A stretch of DNA of 43,127 nucleotides, from the NCBI GenBank assembly GCA_038153405.1, contig JAYOYH010000040.1, positions 1 through 43,127 of the forward strand, given 5' to 3'. This document shows, in pieces, positions 1 through 9,489 of this stretch. The number at the start of each line of letters is the position of its first letter. Positions within the stretch are counted from its first letter, which is position 1. This DNA is from Gemmatimonadota bacterium. GTDB taxonomy: Bacteria > Latescibacterota > UBA2968 > UBA8231. The notes under the pieces are model-generated. The model searched no databases and was not told the origin of the DNA. It worked only from the letters and a program-made list of their open reading frames with translations. The position numbers and the translations under genes are program-made.

Positions 1-291
1 GCGGTAGTCGGCAAATTCGCCAATCAGGCGATCCTTGCGCTCGATAATCGCCGCTAGGTCGGCCTGCGGAGAGACATCGCGCAGACCAAATTCGGCGCCT
101 CGGCGCATGTATTCCATAATGTCGGCGCTGCGCAAAATCGCCTTGCTCGGCATGCAGCCGCGCAGTATGCACAGCCCCCCGAGCGGACCGCAGTCCACTA
201 CCGCGACATCGGCCCCAGCCTCGTGTGCCGTGCGCGCAGCGGCATAGCCGCCCGAGCCGCCACCAATAACGACAATACCGTGCTTTTTCAT
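1..291 (-). CDS. Pyridine nucleotide-disulfide oxidoreductase (dihydrolipoamide dehydrogenase/mercuric reductase-like), N-terminal part, runs off the window
   Basis: Hand translation MKKHGIVVIGGGSGGYAAARTAHEAGADVAVVDCGPLGGLCILRGCMPSKAILRS has the FAD-binding GxGxxG and the redox CxxxxC (GGLCILRGCMPSK); GAGGA upstream of ATG at 291. Confidence 0.9.
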   Translation of the reverse strand, partial: MKKHGIVVIGGGSGGYAAARTAHEAGADVAVVDCGPLGGLCILRGCMPSKAILRSADIMEYMRRGAEFGLRDVSPQADLAAIIERKDRLIGEFADYR

Positions 292-379
292 ACCATCCTC
301 AACGTGTATTTTATTCAGCGCGTGTAGGCTTCAACAACTGCCCTAACGCGTATACATAACCCAAACCAAAGGGCACCGC

Positions 380-691
380 GTGCCGCTACACAAAAAATTA
401 CTAGCGTTAACTGCTTGGCTGTTGGCCAGCACTTTCATCACCTGGCTGGGCTGCGCCTCGCTGCCGGAACCCGATAGCGCGGATGCCCGTCTCTATGTGC
501 GTTACTGTTCCGGCTCGGGCTGTCACGACCCCATATTGCCGCAGGCCGGTGGGCGCAAATACTGGGACCAGCAGATCGAGCGCATGTTGGACGTCATGCG
601 CAAGGGCAATAGGCCGCTGCCCAGCGCCGACGAAATGCAGCGCATCACGCGCTACCTTCACCGCCATGCACAAGGATCCGACCATCGCTAA
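380..691 (+). CDS. Small exported (probably lipoprotein) monoheme c-type cytochrome with atypical CX4CH motif
   Basis: Hydrophobic N-terminus ending WLGC; ARLYVRYCSGSGCH, W...IERM, and terminal helix E..RITRYLHRHA typical of small cytochromes c. Confidence 0.65.
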   Translation: MPLHKKLLALTAWLLASTFITWLGCASLPEPDSADARLYVRYCSGSGCHDPILPQAGGRKYWDQQIERMLDVMRKGNRPLPSADEMQRITRYLHRHAQGSDHR

Positions 692-1874
692 TCGTTCGAC
701 TATCCGCTGCCAACTCGCCGCGCGCGCAGTCCTCTACAGCCTGCTCTTAGCCCTGTCGCCGGCCGCCGGACAAGAAGCCTACACGCTGCGCGCTTTTGAC
801 GAACGCATTCAGCACGGTATTGACCTGATCTACAATCTGCACTTCGACGAGGCCGACGCCCACTTTGCCCATATTATCGCCGCGGCACCGGACAACCCAC
901 TCGGCTATTTCTTCAGCGCGATGGTCGCCTGGTGGCGCGTGCTCATCGACTTAGAGGACCGCAGCCACGACCAAGCTTTCTACGACCGACTGGCGCGCTG
1001 CATCGAAGTGTGCGACCTGCGCCTGCAAAGCGAACCGCTCGATTTTGACGCCATTCTCTTTAAGGGCGGCGCCATTGGATTTCGCGGGCGGCTGCGCGGC
1101 GATCGCGAACAGTACATACAGGCGGCGCGCGACGGCCTGCGCTCGCTGCCCCTGCTCAAACAGAGTCGCCAGCTCGAACCGAGCAACAGAGATATTCTCT
1201 TCGGCCAGGGCCTCTACAACTACTTCGCCGACGTCATGCCACAGCGCCACGCCATCGTTCGCCCGGTGATGGCATTCCTGCCCGATGGCAACCGCGAGCT
1301 GGGCCTGCAGCAGCTGCAGGAAGTTGCTCAACAGGGGCGCTACGCACGCGCCGAAGCCGCCTATTTTCTCGCGCAGATCTACCGCATTTTCGAAGGGGAC
1401 AAGAACGCCGCCTTGCCCTATCTGCAGGAGCTCTACGCGCGCTACCCGCGCAACGCGCTTTTCCACCGTTACACCGCGCGCAACCTGATCGAGGTCGGAC
1501 GCTGGGCCGAGGGGATCGCCCTCTACAAAGACTACGTGGAGCGCAGCGCCGTCGGCCAGGTGGGCTACCACGTGCACGGGCGCATAGAGGCGCAGTACTA
1601 CCTAGGTCGTTTTGCCTTTTTTAAACGCGACTTCGACGAGGCCCAAGTTCAATTGAGTGCCGTAGACGAACGCGTCAATATCGCGTCCCGCGAGCGCGAC
1701 CAAGACTATGCCGCACTGGCCAACCTCTATCTGGGCATGCTCGCCGACCTGCGCAGCGATGTGGCCGAAGCGCAACGGCGCTACGACCGCGTGCTCGCCC
1801 TACCCGCCCAAGGTGACAGCCACAAGCGAGCTAGGCGCTACGCGCAAACGCCCTATCGGGCCAGCCGTCCTTAG
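666..1874 (+). CDS. Secreted tetratricopeptide-repeat protein
   Basis: Signal-like LYSLLLALSPAAG, then TPR-like helices (EAAYFLAQIY, EAQYYLGRFAF, LANLYLGMLAD); start ATG 666 chosen within ORF 483..1874 and uncertain. Confidence 0.75.
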   Translation: MHKDPTIANRSTIRCQLAARAVLYSLLLALSPAAGQEAYTLRAFDERIQHGIDLIYNLHFDEADAHFAHIIAAAPDNPLGYFFSAMVAWWRVLIDLEDRSHDQAFYDRLARCIEVCDLRLQSEPLDFDAILFKGGAIGFRGRLRGDREQYIQAARDGLRSLPLLKQSRQLEPSNRDILFGQGLYNYFADVMPQRHAIVRPVMAFLPDGNRELGLQQLQEVAQQGRYARAEAAYFLAQIYRIFEGDKNAALPYLQELYARYPRNALFHRYTARNLIEVGRWAEGIALYKDYVERSAVGQVGYHVHGRIEAQYYLGRFAFFKRDFDEAQVQLSAVDERVNIASRERDQDYAALANLYLGMLADLRSDVAEAQRRYDRVLALPAQGDSHKRARRYAQTPYRASRP

Positions 1875-1876
1875 CG

Positions 1877-3712
1877 CTAGTCTTGCTCCTCTAATTGCTG
1901 CACCTCTTCGTCGTATACGCGCATCAAGTCGCCGTGCGTCATATAGCCCATAAATTGCTCTTCTCCACTCTCCCCACGCCGGACTACGGGCAGCTTGTCG
2001 TAGCCGCTTTCGAGCAGCTTTTGCAGCGCTTCGTGCAGGTTATCTGACGCTCTAAGCGGCGTTACGTCGTCGACGACCATGTCTTCAATGAGCACTAGGT
2101 TGCGCAGAAAGTCGTCTTCGGGCAGGTCCAACTCTTCTAGGCTGATCATGCCGCGCAGCTGCTCTGCATCGTCGACAACGACAAAGTGCACTTGCCCATG
2201 CTGCTTGCTGAGTGCCGCCAAAGAAAAGTAGGGCAGGCTGTTGTTAACGATCGCTTCGGAAGCCTTTTGCAAGCGCTCAAAGGCATCGCTCACGCGCAGC
2301 CCTTTCAGCACATTGACCGTTAGGTCTTTGACGTGCGCCGGCGAGTGAAATTTGTTCTGCACCTGATTTTTGTATATCGAAAAATTGCGCGCGAAAATAA
2401 GGGAGAAAGCGCACACGAGCATGAGCGGCGGCAATAGGCGGTAGCCGCTACTCATCTCGGTGACCATGATCAACGCACCCAGCGGCGCATTGGCGACTCC
2501 GGCAAAAAACGCGGCCATGCCAACGATGACGTAGGCCGATGGATGGTGCACGACATCGGGAAAGAAATGCTGGCCCATGAGCCCTACGCACCCCCCTAGC
2601 ATACCGCCGATAAAGAGCGAGGGGCCAAATACGCCGCCCGAGCCACCGCTGGAAATCGTACAGCTGGTGGCGAGAACCTTCAGCAACACGAGCAGCAGCA
2701 TGGACTCTATGCCGATGCGACCGTAAATGGCCTCTTGGATCACGCCAAATCCCGCGCCCAGAGCGCGCACGTCGATCAAGCCAAGCAGCCCCACTAGCAA
2801 ACCACCCACCGCCACCACCGCATAGCGCGGCAGCGGCAGCTTTCTAAATACGCGATCGCGCATGCCGTAGAACACGTTTACGTAAAACATGCCGACCAGC
2901 ACGCATACCACGCCGAGCAGCAGGTAGAGAAACAGCTCGTAGCCGCTGCTCAACTGGCTGTCGGGAATACCAAATATCGGCTCGGAACCGAACGTCATGG
3001 TGTATATGGCGTAGGCGACGATCGAACTAATTACGCAGGGGATTAGCGCATCGCTTTCGAAGTCTTCCCTGTAGAGGATTTCAACGCTGGTAAGCGCCCC
3101 GCCCAGCGGCGCGCGAAAAATGGCGCCGAGCCCCCCCGCCGTGCCGGCCAGCAGCAGGATGCGGCGCTGAGCGTGCGTCAGCTTCAGCAGCGATGCCAGC
3201 CAGGAACCCAGTCCAGCGCCGATCTGTGCAACTGGTCCCTCTTTGCCGGCCGAACCGCCGCTGCTCAGCGTAATAATGGTCGCTATGGCTTTTACCAGCG
3301 GCACTACGGGACGAATAATGCCCTTGCCGTTGTGGAAGGAATCGATCATGGCGTCCGTTCCGTGCCCTTCGGCCTCAGGAGCAAAGCGATAGACGAGCAG
3401 ACCACCGAGCAGGCCGCCGATGGCCGGGAGCAGGAGCAACAGCCACAGGTGCTCGCCGTAGGCCGGTGGATCGATAAAGTCAAAGGAGAAATGCACTTCG
3501 CCGTCGGGGCGCAGCTGGCGAAAGCCCGCCAGTTTTTCCACGCAGAGAAAGTGAACCAATTCGAGCAGGTAGGTGAAAACAATGGCGCCCAACCCGGATA
3601 TAATACCCACAAAAATGCTGTAGATATAGATCCGAGAGGTGTACTCCAGACCCAACCACTTCTTGAAAAAGCCCCCCTCGCCTGTCGCCGATTCCACGCC
3701 GCCCTCAGACAC
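1877..3712 (-). CDS. ClC chloride channel/antiporter with C-terminal CBS pair
   Basis: GHGTD, GKEGP, GVFGP motifs, many TM helices, CBS-like tail; GTG 3712 overlaps the upstream TrmH stop. Confidence 0.92.
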   Translation of the reverse strand: MSEGGVESATGEGGFFKKWLGLEYTSRIYIYSIFVGIISGLGAIVFTYLLELVHFLCVEKLAGFRQLRPDGEVHFSFDFIDPPAYGEHLWLLLLLPAIGGLLGGLLVYRFAPEAEGHGTDAMIDSFHNGKGIIRPVVPLVKAIATIITLSSGGSAGKEGPVAQIGAGLGSWLASLLKLTHAQRRILLLAGTAGGLGAIFRAPLGGALTSVEILYREDFESDALIPCVISSIVAYAIYTMTFGSEPIFGIPDSQLSSGYELFLYLLLGVVCVLVGMFYVNVFYGMRDRVFRKLPLPRYAVVAVGGLLVGLLGLIDVRALGAGFGVIQEAIYGRIGIESMLLLVLLKVLATSCTISSGGSGGVFGPSLFIGGMLGGCVGLMGQHFFPDVVHHPSAYVIVGMAAFFAGVANAPLGALIMVTEMSSGYRLLPPLMLVCAFSLIFARNFSIYKNQVQNKFHSPAHVKDLTVNVLKGLRVSDAFERLQKASEAIVNNSLPYFSLAALSKQHGQVHFVVVDDAEQLRGMISLEELDLPEDDFLRNLVLIEDMVVDDVTPLRASDNLHEALQKLLESGYDKLPVVRRGESGEEQFMGYMTHGDLMRVYDEEVQQLEEQD

Positions 3713-4295
3713 GGGCCGTCGGCTCCTGGACCAGCCCCTTGGCCGTCCACTGACGCAGCGCTTCAAAGGCTACTACAGCGGCAGCACTGGCTACGTTGAG
3801 CGAGTTCTTGTAGCCGTACATGGGAATCTCCACAATGCGCTCGCAGCGCTCCAACACGGCGCGCTCGACGCCAAGTGCCTCGTTGCCCAGCACCAGCGCC
3901 AGCGGCTGTGGGTATACTACTTCGGTATAGGGCGCGCTGTGCGACGTCGTCTCCAGCGCCCACACGGCCACTGCTTCCGCGCTCAGGTAATCGAGCGCGT
4001 CGTGGGCGGTCTCGAAGTGGCGCGTCGGCACGTAGTCCAGCGTGCCCAGTGCCGTTTTATCGAGTTTCTTGTGTGGGGGATGAGCCGTATAGCCGCAGGT
4101 CAGCACACCGGCTAGGCGAGCAGCGTCGACGCTGCGAAAGATCGCGCCTACATTAAAGGCACTGCGCAAATTATCCAACACGAGGTAGAGTGGATGCTTG
4201 CCGAGACGGGCGTATTCCTCAGCGGAGATGGCCGCATCGAAGTTGCGCACTGCAAACGTGGTTTCCTTGCCGTAGTTGCCCGGTGCCAATTTCAT
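3705..4295 (-). CDS. TrmH/SpoU family RNA methyltransferase
   Basis: LVLDNLRSAFNVGAIFRS, LVLGNEALG, IPMYGYKNSLNVASA SPOUT motifs. Confidence 0.93.
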   Translation of the reverse strand: MKLAPGNYGKETTFAVRNFDAAISAEEYARLGKHPLYLVLDNLRSAFNVGAIFRSVDAARLAGVLTCGYTAHPPHKKLDKTALGTLDYVPTRHFETAHDALDYLSAEAVAVWALETTSHSAPYTEVVYPQPLALVLGNEALGVERAVLERCERIVEIPMYGYKNSLNVASAAAVVAFEALRQWTAKGLVQEPTARV

Positions 4296-5332
4296 GTCAG
4301 ATCGACTGCCGTACCGGTTGCCGCCGACTGACGCGCCGCTGCAATCACCGCCAAGGCAGCGCGCGCGCTTTCGGCCGTCACCGCGAGCTTGGAGCGGTCG
4401 ATAAGTGCTTCTGCAATGTTCTCATAGTAGGAGCGCCAGCGCCCGCGCACGGTCTCAACTACCGTCTCAGCGGCCTGACCCGCCACGTCGCGGTACAGGC
4501 GCGCATAGTGCTCAGGCGCCTCGCGCGCCGCGTCGATATCACCGGCGATCATCGCACGCTCCTGCGGATCGATTCCCTCTTTTACCAGCGCCCCTTCCGT
4601 GCCCAACACGTACCAGCGCGGCTTGGGCCTTTTGGCCAGCGACGAATTTTCTACGCGCACTTCGACGCCGTTGGCAAAGCGAATGCTCGCCATGGCATGC
4701 GCCTCAATAGCGCGCGCCCAGCCCGGCGGCGAGTGAAATTCCGCATAGACGCGTTCGACTGGCGCATCGACGAGCTGCAGTGCCTGATCGACCAAATGCG
4801 CACCCAGATCAAAGAACTTGCCCCCGCCGTGTGCCGCATCGCCGCGCCAGCCGCCCGGCACGCCGTACTGTCCCCAGAACATCTCGATGAGAAAGGGCGC
4901 GCCGAGCAAGCCCTCTCCAATAACTTTTTTAACCGTCAGAAAGTCGCCGTCCCAGCGCCGATTCTGGAAAACGCTGAGTAGGCGGTCGCATTCTCTGCTG
5001 GCCTCCAACATCGCGTCGGCCTCCTGTAGGCTCAGGCACATTGGCTTGTCGGTCACCACGTGCTTACCCGCCTGCATGGCCCGAATAGCGTGCGGAGCGT
5101 GCAGGTCGTTGGGGGTGGCCAGCACCACCAAGTCCACAGCTTCATCGGCCAGGACTTCGTCAACGGTCGACACCGTTTTTATACCAAAACGGCGCTCGGC
5201 ATCGGCGCGCGCTTCGGGGCGACCGCTGACCACTGCGTAGAGCTCAAGTCCTTCGGCTAAATCGACTAGATAGGTGTGAAAACAGCGTCCAGCGAATCCA
5301 TAGCCGACGACGGCGACTCTAGGCTTGCTCAT
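4292..5332 (-). CDS. Gfo/Idh/MocA family oxidoreductase (IolW/YdgJ-like)
   Basis: VGYGFAG, GKHVVTDKP, FQNRRWDGDF, DLGAHLVDQ motifs. Confidence 0.92.
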   Translation of the reverse strand: MSKPRVAVVGYGFAGRCFHTYLVDLAEGLELYAVVSGRPEARADAERRFGIKTVSTVDEVLADEAVDLVVLATPNDLHAPHAIRAMQAGKHVVTDKPMCLSLQEADAMLEASRECDRLLSVFQNRRWDGDFLTVKKVIGEGLLGAPFLIEMFWGQYGVPGGWRGDAAHGGGKFFDLGAHLVDQALQLVDAPVERVYAEFHSPPGWARAIEAHAMASIRFANGVEVRVENSSLAKRPKPRWYVLGTEGALVKEGIDPQERAMIAGDIDAAREAPEHYARLYRDVAGQAAETVVETVRGRWRSYYENIAEALIDRSKLAVTAESARAALAVIAAARQSAATGTAVDLT

Positions 5333-5360
5333 GCGGTACCTGCGGATAGCGTGGGGTGTT

Positions 5361-5412
5361 TTGAAGTCTTTCGACGTCTGTTTATATTAAGCCCCTTCAA
5401 TCCTTTCGGCAA
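5361..5412. promoter_or_regulatory. Overlapping divergent sigma70-like promoters
   Basis: + strand TTGAAG(5361)-16-TATATT(5383-5388); - strand TTGCCG(5412)-17-TAATAT(5389-5384). Confidence 0.45.
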
Positions 5413-5438
5413 TTCACGCTCCTCATAGGAAACGCGCC

Positions 5439-5810
5439 GTGCGCATTCAAATTACATGGGATGGCGGCCAACTGGTCGCCGTGCTGCGCGATACGCCGAC
5501 CGCCCGCCTAGTGTGGGATGCCCTTCCCTGCTCCTCTACGGCCAGCACGTGGGGCGAAGAGGTCTATTTTGAGCTGCCGGTGCGCGCCGAATTAGAGGAC
5601 GATGCCCGCCAGGTTGTCGACCCGGGTACGGTCTGCTTCTGGACGGGCGGCAATGCGCTGGCCCTGCCCTACGGTCCCACACCCGCGTCACAGGGCAACG
5701 AGTGTCGCCTGGTGACCGAAGTCAATATCCTCGGCCAGCTCGAAGGGGATCCACGCCAGCTGTCCAGCGTGCACGACGGTATGGACATCGCCGTTGAGCC
5801 GCTGCCCTAA
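5439..5810 (+). CDS. Cyclophilin-like fold protein (TM1367/DUF369-like)
   Basis: TPTARLVWDALP, WGEEVYF, GTVCFW, PYGPTP motifs; AGGA RBS before GTG. Confidence 0.85.
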   Translation: MRIQITWDGGQLVAVLRDTPTARLVWDALPCSSTASTWGEEVYFELPVRAELEDDARQVVDPGTVCFWTGGNALALPYGPTPASQGNECRLVTEVNILGQLEGDPRQLSSVHDGMDIAVEPLP

Positions 5811-5979
5811 CGCTTCGCACGCTCTGCCGAACTCGTTCATATCGGCGCGATGAAGCCGACCTATTCCACCGTGCGCATCCCGTCTTATACGCGACACAAA
5901 AAAGGGGGGAACGACCGTGCGGCAAAGAGCATCCTACAGATGAGCGAGCGCCACCCAAGCAGGAGCGATAGCTGATCAC

Positions 5980-7407
5980 ATGACACGCCTACGGCCACTG
6001 CGCGTCGGACTTTGCTGGGCGCTACTGCTCTTTTTGAGCGGATGTGCCGCAGCCTATTCCAGCTACCTATCGCGCTCGCTGCGCCATCTCGAACGAGGCG
6101 ATTACGCCGCTGCACTGGCCCTTATAGAAAAGCCCAACGGTCCGACCAATATGCTGCTCTATCGACTAGAGCGCGGTCTCATATTCCACTACCAAGGGCT
6201 GTATGCCGAATCAAACGCCGAGTTTGAACGAGCCGAAAACCTCATCGACCGCCTCTACACGCGCTCGCTATCGCGCGAGGCGGCCTCTCTGCTGACCAAC
6301 GACGCCATTATCGCCTATCGCGGCGAAGAATTCGAGCGCGTGCTCATCCACTACTATCGCGCCCTTAACTACGAGCGCATCGGCGACCGCCAGGCCGTGT
6401 TAGTCGAGTGCCGCAAGGCCAATCTCAAGCTCGAGGAATATGCCCAACAGGCCGACTACCAGCTGAGCTATAAAAACGACGCCTTTATGCAGTATGCAAC
6501 GGGGCTATTCTACGAAGCCGAAGGCGAATTAAACGATGCCTATATATCCTATAAGGACGCCGAAAAGGGCTATCGCGCCTATCGCGAGGCGTTTGGCATC
6601 GGCGTGCCGCGCATGCTGCTCATCGACCTGACGCGCCTGGCGCAGAAGTTGGGCTACGATGACGAAGTGCAGTCCTATGTAGAGCACTATCGCCTGCGCC
6701 CCGACGAGCTGCAGCAGCATCCCGGCGGCGAGGTGGTCGTCTTTGTCGAGAGCGGATTTGCCCCGCGCAAGCTGGAGAGCGAGCTGAGTGTGCCCATTCT
6801 CAAAGACGATAGCGGCCAGGCAATTTGGACCGTATCCGAGCGCGCGGTCAGCCGCTATCACAACCACTACACATACCGGAACTATGCCGTTGACTACTGG
6901 CTGCGCTTGGCCCTGCCGCACTATGCCAATCCAGCGCCTGCGCTGGGGGCCGTGCGCCTGCGCGACGGCCAGGCCAGCGCCATGGGCGTGCTGGCCGAAG
7001 ACCTCGACGCCATCGCCCGCCGCACCTTAGATCAGAAATTCGACCACATCCTACTGCGCACGATTGCCCGCAGTATAGCCAAGTACGCCGCTTCAAAGGG
7101 CATTGAGCACGCCATTGCCGAAGCAGGTGACGACGAAGACGATAGAGCATTCAACGAGGGACTCGGCGAGCTGATTGGCGGACTGTTTAACTTATTGGGC
7201 AACGCCACCGAGGCCGCCGACACGCGCGGCTGGCTATCGCTACCGCGCGCCATCTACATAGCCCGCCTTCCCACGGTGGGCACAGCAGCAGATCTGCAAA
7301 TTGAGATGCTCGACCCGCAGGGCCACGTCCTACACGCACAAACGCTTCCCCCCGTGCAGGTTGCGGAGGGAGGCAAGGTCTTTTTGAGCACGCGCGTTTT
7401 TCGCTGA
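5980..7407 (+). CDS. COG3014-like TPR lipoprotein
   Basis: Lipobox LSGC; LLYRLERG, YRGEEFE..LIHYYRALNY, TEAADTRGWLSLP motifs; AGGAG RBS. Confidence 0.8.
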   Translation: MTRLRPLRVGLCWALLLFLSGCAAAYSSYLSRSLRHLERGDYAAALALIEKPNGPTNMLLYRLERGLIFHYQGLYAESNAEFERAENLIDRLYTRSLSREAASLLTNDAIIAYRGEEFERVLIHYYRALNYERIGDRQAVLVECRKANLKLEEYAQQADYQLSYKNDAFMQYATGLFYEAEGELNDAYISYKDAEKGYRAYREAFGIGVPRMLLIDLTRLAQKLGYDDEVQSYVEHYRLRPDELQQHPGGEVVVFVESGFAPRKLESELSVPILKDDSGQAIWTVSERAVSRYHNHYTYRNYAVDYWLRLALPHYANPAPALGAVRLRDGQASAMGVLAEDLDAIARRTLDQKFDHILLRTIARSIAKYAASKGIEHAIAEAGDDEDDRAFNEGLGELIGGLFNLLGNATEAADTRGWLSLPRAIYIARLPTVGTAADLQIEMLDPQGHVLHAQTLPPVQVAEGGKVFLSTRVFR

Positions 7408-7418
7408 GGAGTCATGTC

Positions 7419-8258
7419 ATGAAAAAGCACATCACTGCAGCTCTCGTCGTCGGTCTAGCCAGCGCGCTGGCGACCACAGCACAGCAAAGCGCCCCGGCCG
7501 GCAGCATCGATCCACTACTGCGTGGGCAGGTCGTCAATATAGTGGACTGGGACGGCGGTGCACTGCCCAAGCGCTACGAGCGCTCTCAACAGCTGCCGAT
7601 GAGCCTCGACGACGTAAAAAAGCTCAGCGCGAGCCAATTCAGCGAGGAGTCCATCATCAAGATGCTCGAAGAGCGGCGCTGCGCCTGCGACGCATCGGTC
7701 GATGCACTCGTCGACCTAAAGGCGGCCGGCGTATCAGAAGGCGTGCTGCAGGCGCTCTCACTGCACGCGCTGCCGCCCAATCGCTCCGTGCAATTGGCCA
7801 TTCACATCGACTTCGAGGGCCTGGGTGGCAACGCGCCCATTTCGACTCAGGCGCGCCAGAGCTATCTCTACCTCATCGTGCCCGACGGCGAGCGCGAGCG
7901 GGTCTTCATGGGCAACTTAGAGCAGATTCTGGCCGGTCGCTGGCAGCGCGACGAGCAGGTCGACCGCAGCGATCTACTGCTGCCCAAGCGGGTGCGCCGC
8001 GTGACCTTTGCCGCCGATATACCGCTAAAGACATACGGGGAAAAGAAAGCGCTGATCTTTACCTCCGCGCGGCCAAATATCTACGCGTCCTCCGATTTGA
8101 CGGAGCGCGAGCGCGCAGGCGCGAGCGAATACGCGTTTACCTATCCATCCAGTTCGCTTCAGCGCTACTGTTCGCTACAGACACTATACCGCCAGGACCA
8201 GATGCTGGCACATAAGTGGCATTTGGCGCGAACGAATTTCCAGTGCGAGTGGGACTAA
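7419..8258 (+). CDS. Secreted hypothetical protein
   Basis: Signal peptide MKKHITAALVVGLASALATTAQ; small helical module DDVKKL...SEESII...SVDALVDLKAAGVSEGVL; GAGGAG RBS; in operon. Confidence 0.7.
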   Translation: MKKHITAALVVGLASALATTAQQSAPAGSIDPLLRGQVVNIVDWDGGALPKRYERSQQLPMSLDDVKKLSASQFSEESIIKMLEERRCACDASVDALVDLKAAGVSEGVLQALSLHALPPNRSVQLAIHIDFEGLGGNAPISTQARQSYLYLIVPDGERERVFMGNLEQILAGRWQRDEQVDRSDLLLPKRVRRVTFAADIPLKTYGEKKALIFTSARPNIYASSDLTERERAGASEYAFTYPSSSLQRYCSLQTLYRQDQMLAHKWHLARTNFQCEWD

Positions 8259-8283
8259 ATACGCCATGAGAAAGGAATGTGAT

Positions 8284-8880
8284 ATGAAGGCACTGACATT
8301 GGGTCTGGTGCTTGCGTCGACGCTGATCCTGAGCGCCTGCGGCGGCCCCAGAGCATTTACCCGCGGCGAGTACGGCGACCCCAACGAGATTTCCATGCTC
8401 GACGATAAGTGGAACCAGAACGACATGCAGCTCGTCGCCAAAAAGATGATTGATTCCATGGAGGGTTGGATCGACGGACGCACCATCGACAAGCCGGTCG
8501 TCATCTTGGAGATGCCGCGCAACAAGACGACCGAGCACATCGACATGCAGGCGCTCTACGACCACGTGAAAACAGCGCTTATCCAAAGCGGCAAGTTCAC
8601 CTTTTTGGACAAGGCGGCGCGCCGAGAAATAGCCGAGGAATACGAGTACCAGGAATCGGGCTACGTGCGCGAGGACGAGGCACAGGGTCCGGGCAACCAG
8701 CGCGGCGCGCGCTATATGATGGGCGGTATCATTACCTCGACTATTCAACAGGTCGGCAACGAAAAAGTGGTCTACTACAAGGCGACCTTTGAACTAACCG
8801 ATATTGCCACAACCGAAATTGTGTGGACCGACCACAAGGAAATAACCAAGCACTTCGAGAAGAAGAGCATCGGCTTCTAA
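8284..8880 (+). CDS. lpoB: Penicillin-binding protein activator LpoB-like lipoprotein (COG3417)
   Basis: Lipobox LSAC; D..LVAKKMIDSM, RNKTTEHID, LIQSGKF, EYEYQ.SG.V, LTDIATTEIVW motifs; AAGGA RBS before ATG 8284. Confidence 0.82.
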   Translation: MKALTLGLVLASTLILSACGGPRAFTRGEYGDPNEISMLDDKWNQNDMQLVAKKMIDSMEGWIDGRTIDKPVVILEMPRNKTTEHIDMQALYDHVKTALIQSGKFTFLDKAARREIAEEYEYQESGYVREDEAQGPGNQRGARYMMGGIITSTIQQVGNEKVVYYKATFELTDIATTEIVWTDHKEITKHFEKKSIGF

Positions 8881-8892
8881 GGGGGATACGGT

Positions 8893-9489
8893 ATGCTACG
8901 CTGGACGATGATCGCCACACTGGCGCTGGTCACGGCGGCCTCAGCGGCCGACCTCACCCGCAGTGAATACGGACCTGCTTGGGCACTGCACGCAGCGAAG
9001 CCAGGGCGCACGGACGGCCCAGAGGGCAGCGAGTATGGCAAGGGCGGCTACGGGCGCTTTCGCGGCGAAGGCCGCTTCTACATCGAGGGGTTTCTCGGTT
9101 CGGCCACCGTCGATAGCGACGACGAAAATGGCATCGGCACCTCCCAAACGGACCTGATGGCTGGCCTCACCGCCGGGTACCGCGTAGAAGACTGGCTCGG
9201 CTTTCAGCTGGGCTATGCGCGCATCGCCGAGCAAAACGCCGATTTTGTTTCGGGCGGCATACGCTCGTCTTTGGGCGCAGACCCCTTCAACTACTACGCT
9301 GGTCTAGACGCCGAAATCTATTCACCAGAGGCCGGCGCACGTCATTTTGGCATCGCACCCAGCATCGGGGCCGAAATCGTGCTAACCGATCGCATCCGCG
9401 CCGGTCTGCGCTTTCAGCGCGATATTATTTTTGCCGACGAGTCGATCGACATCAATCGTTTTGCGGCGTCGTTGCAATTCGACTTTTAG
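8893..9489 (+). CDS. Small outer-membrane beta-barrel protein
   Basis: Signal peptide, alternating amphipathic strands, C-terminal ASLQFDF beta-signal ending in Phe. Confidence 0.75.
   Translation: MLRWTMIATLALVTAASAADLTRSEYGPAWALHAAKPGRTDGPEGSEYGKGGYGRFRGEGRFYIEGFLGSATVDSDDENGIGTSQTDLMAGLTAGYRVEDWLGFQLGYARIAEQNADFVSGGIRSSLGADPFNYYAGLDAEIYSPEAGARHFGIAPSIGAEIVLTDRIRAGLRFQRDIIFADESIDINRFAASLQFDF

Noticed and set aside
483..665. N-terminal extension of the 463-aa ORF
   Set aside because: Overlaps the cytochrome-like gene in another frame; the signal peptide starts after 666
5811..5979. 170-nt intergenic region as a possible riboswitch/sRNA
   Set aside because: No recognisable aptamer consensus or strong stem seen; an Rfam scan would be needed
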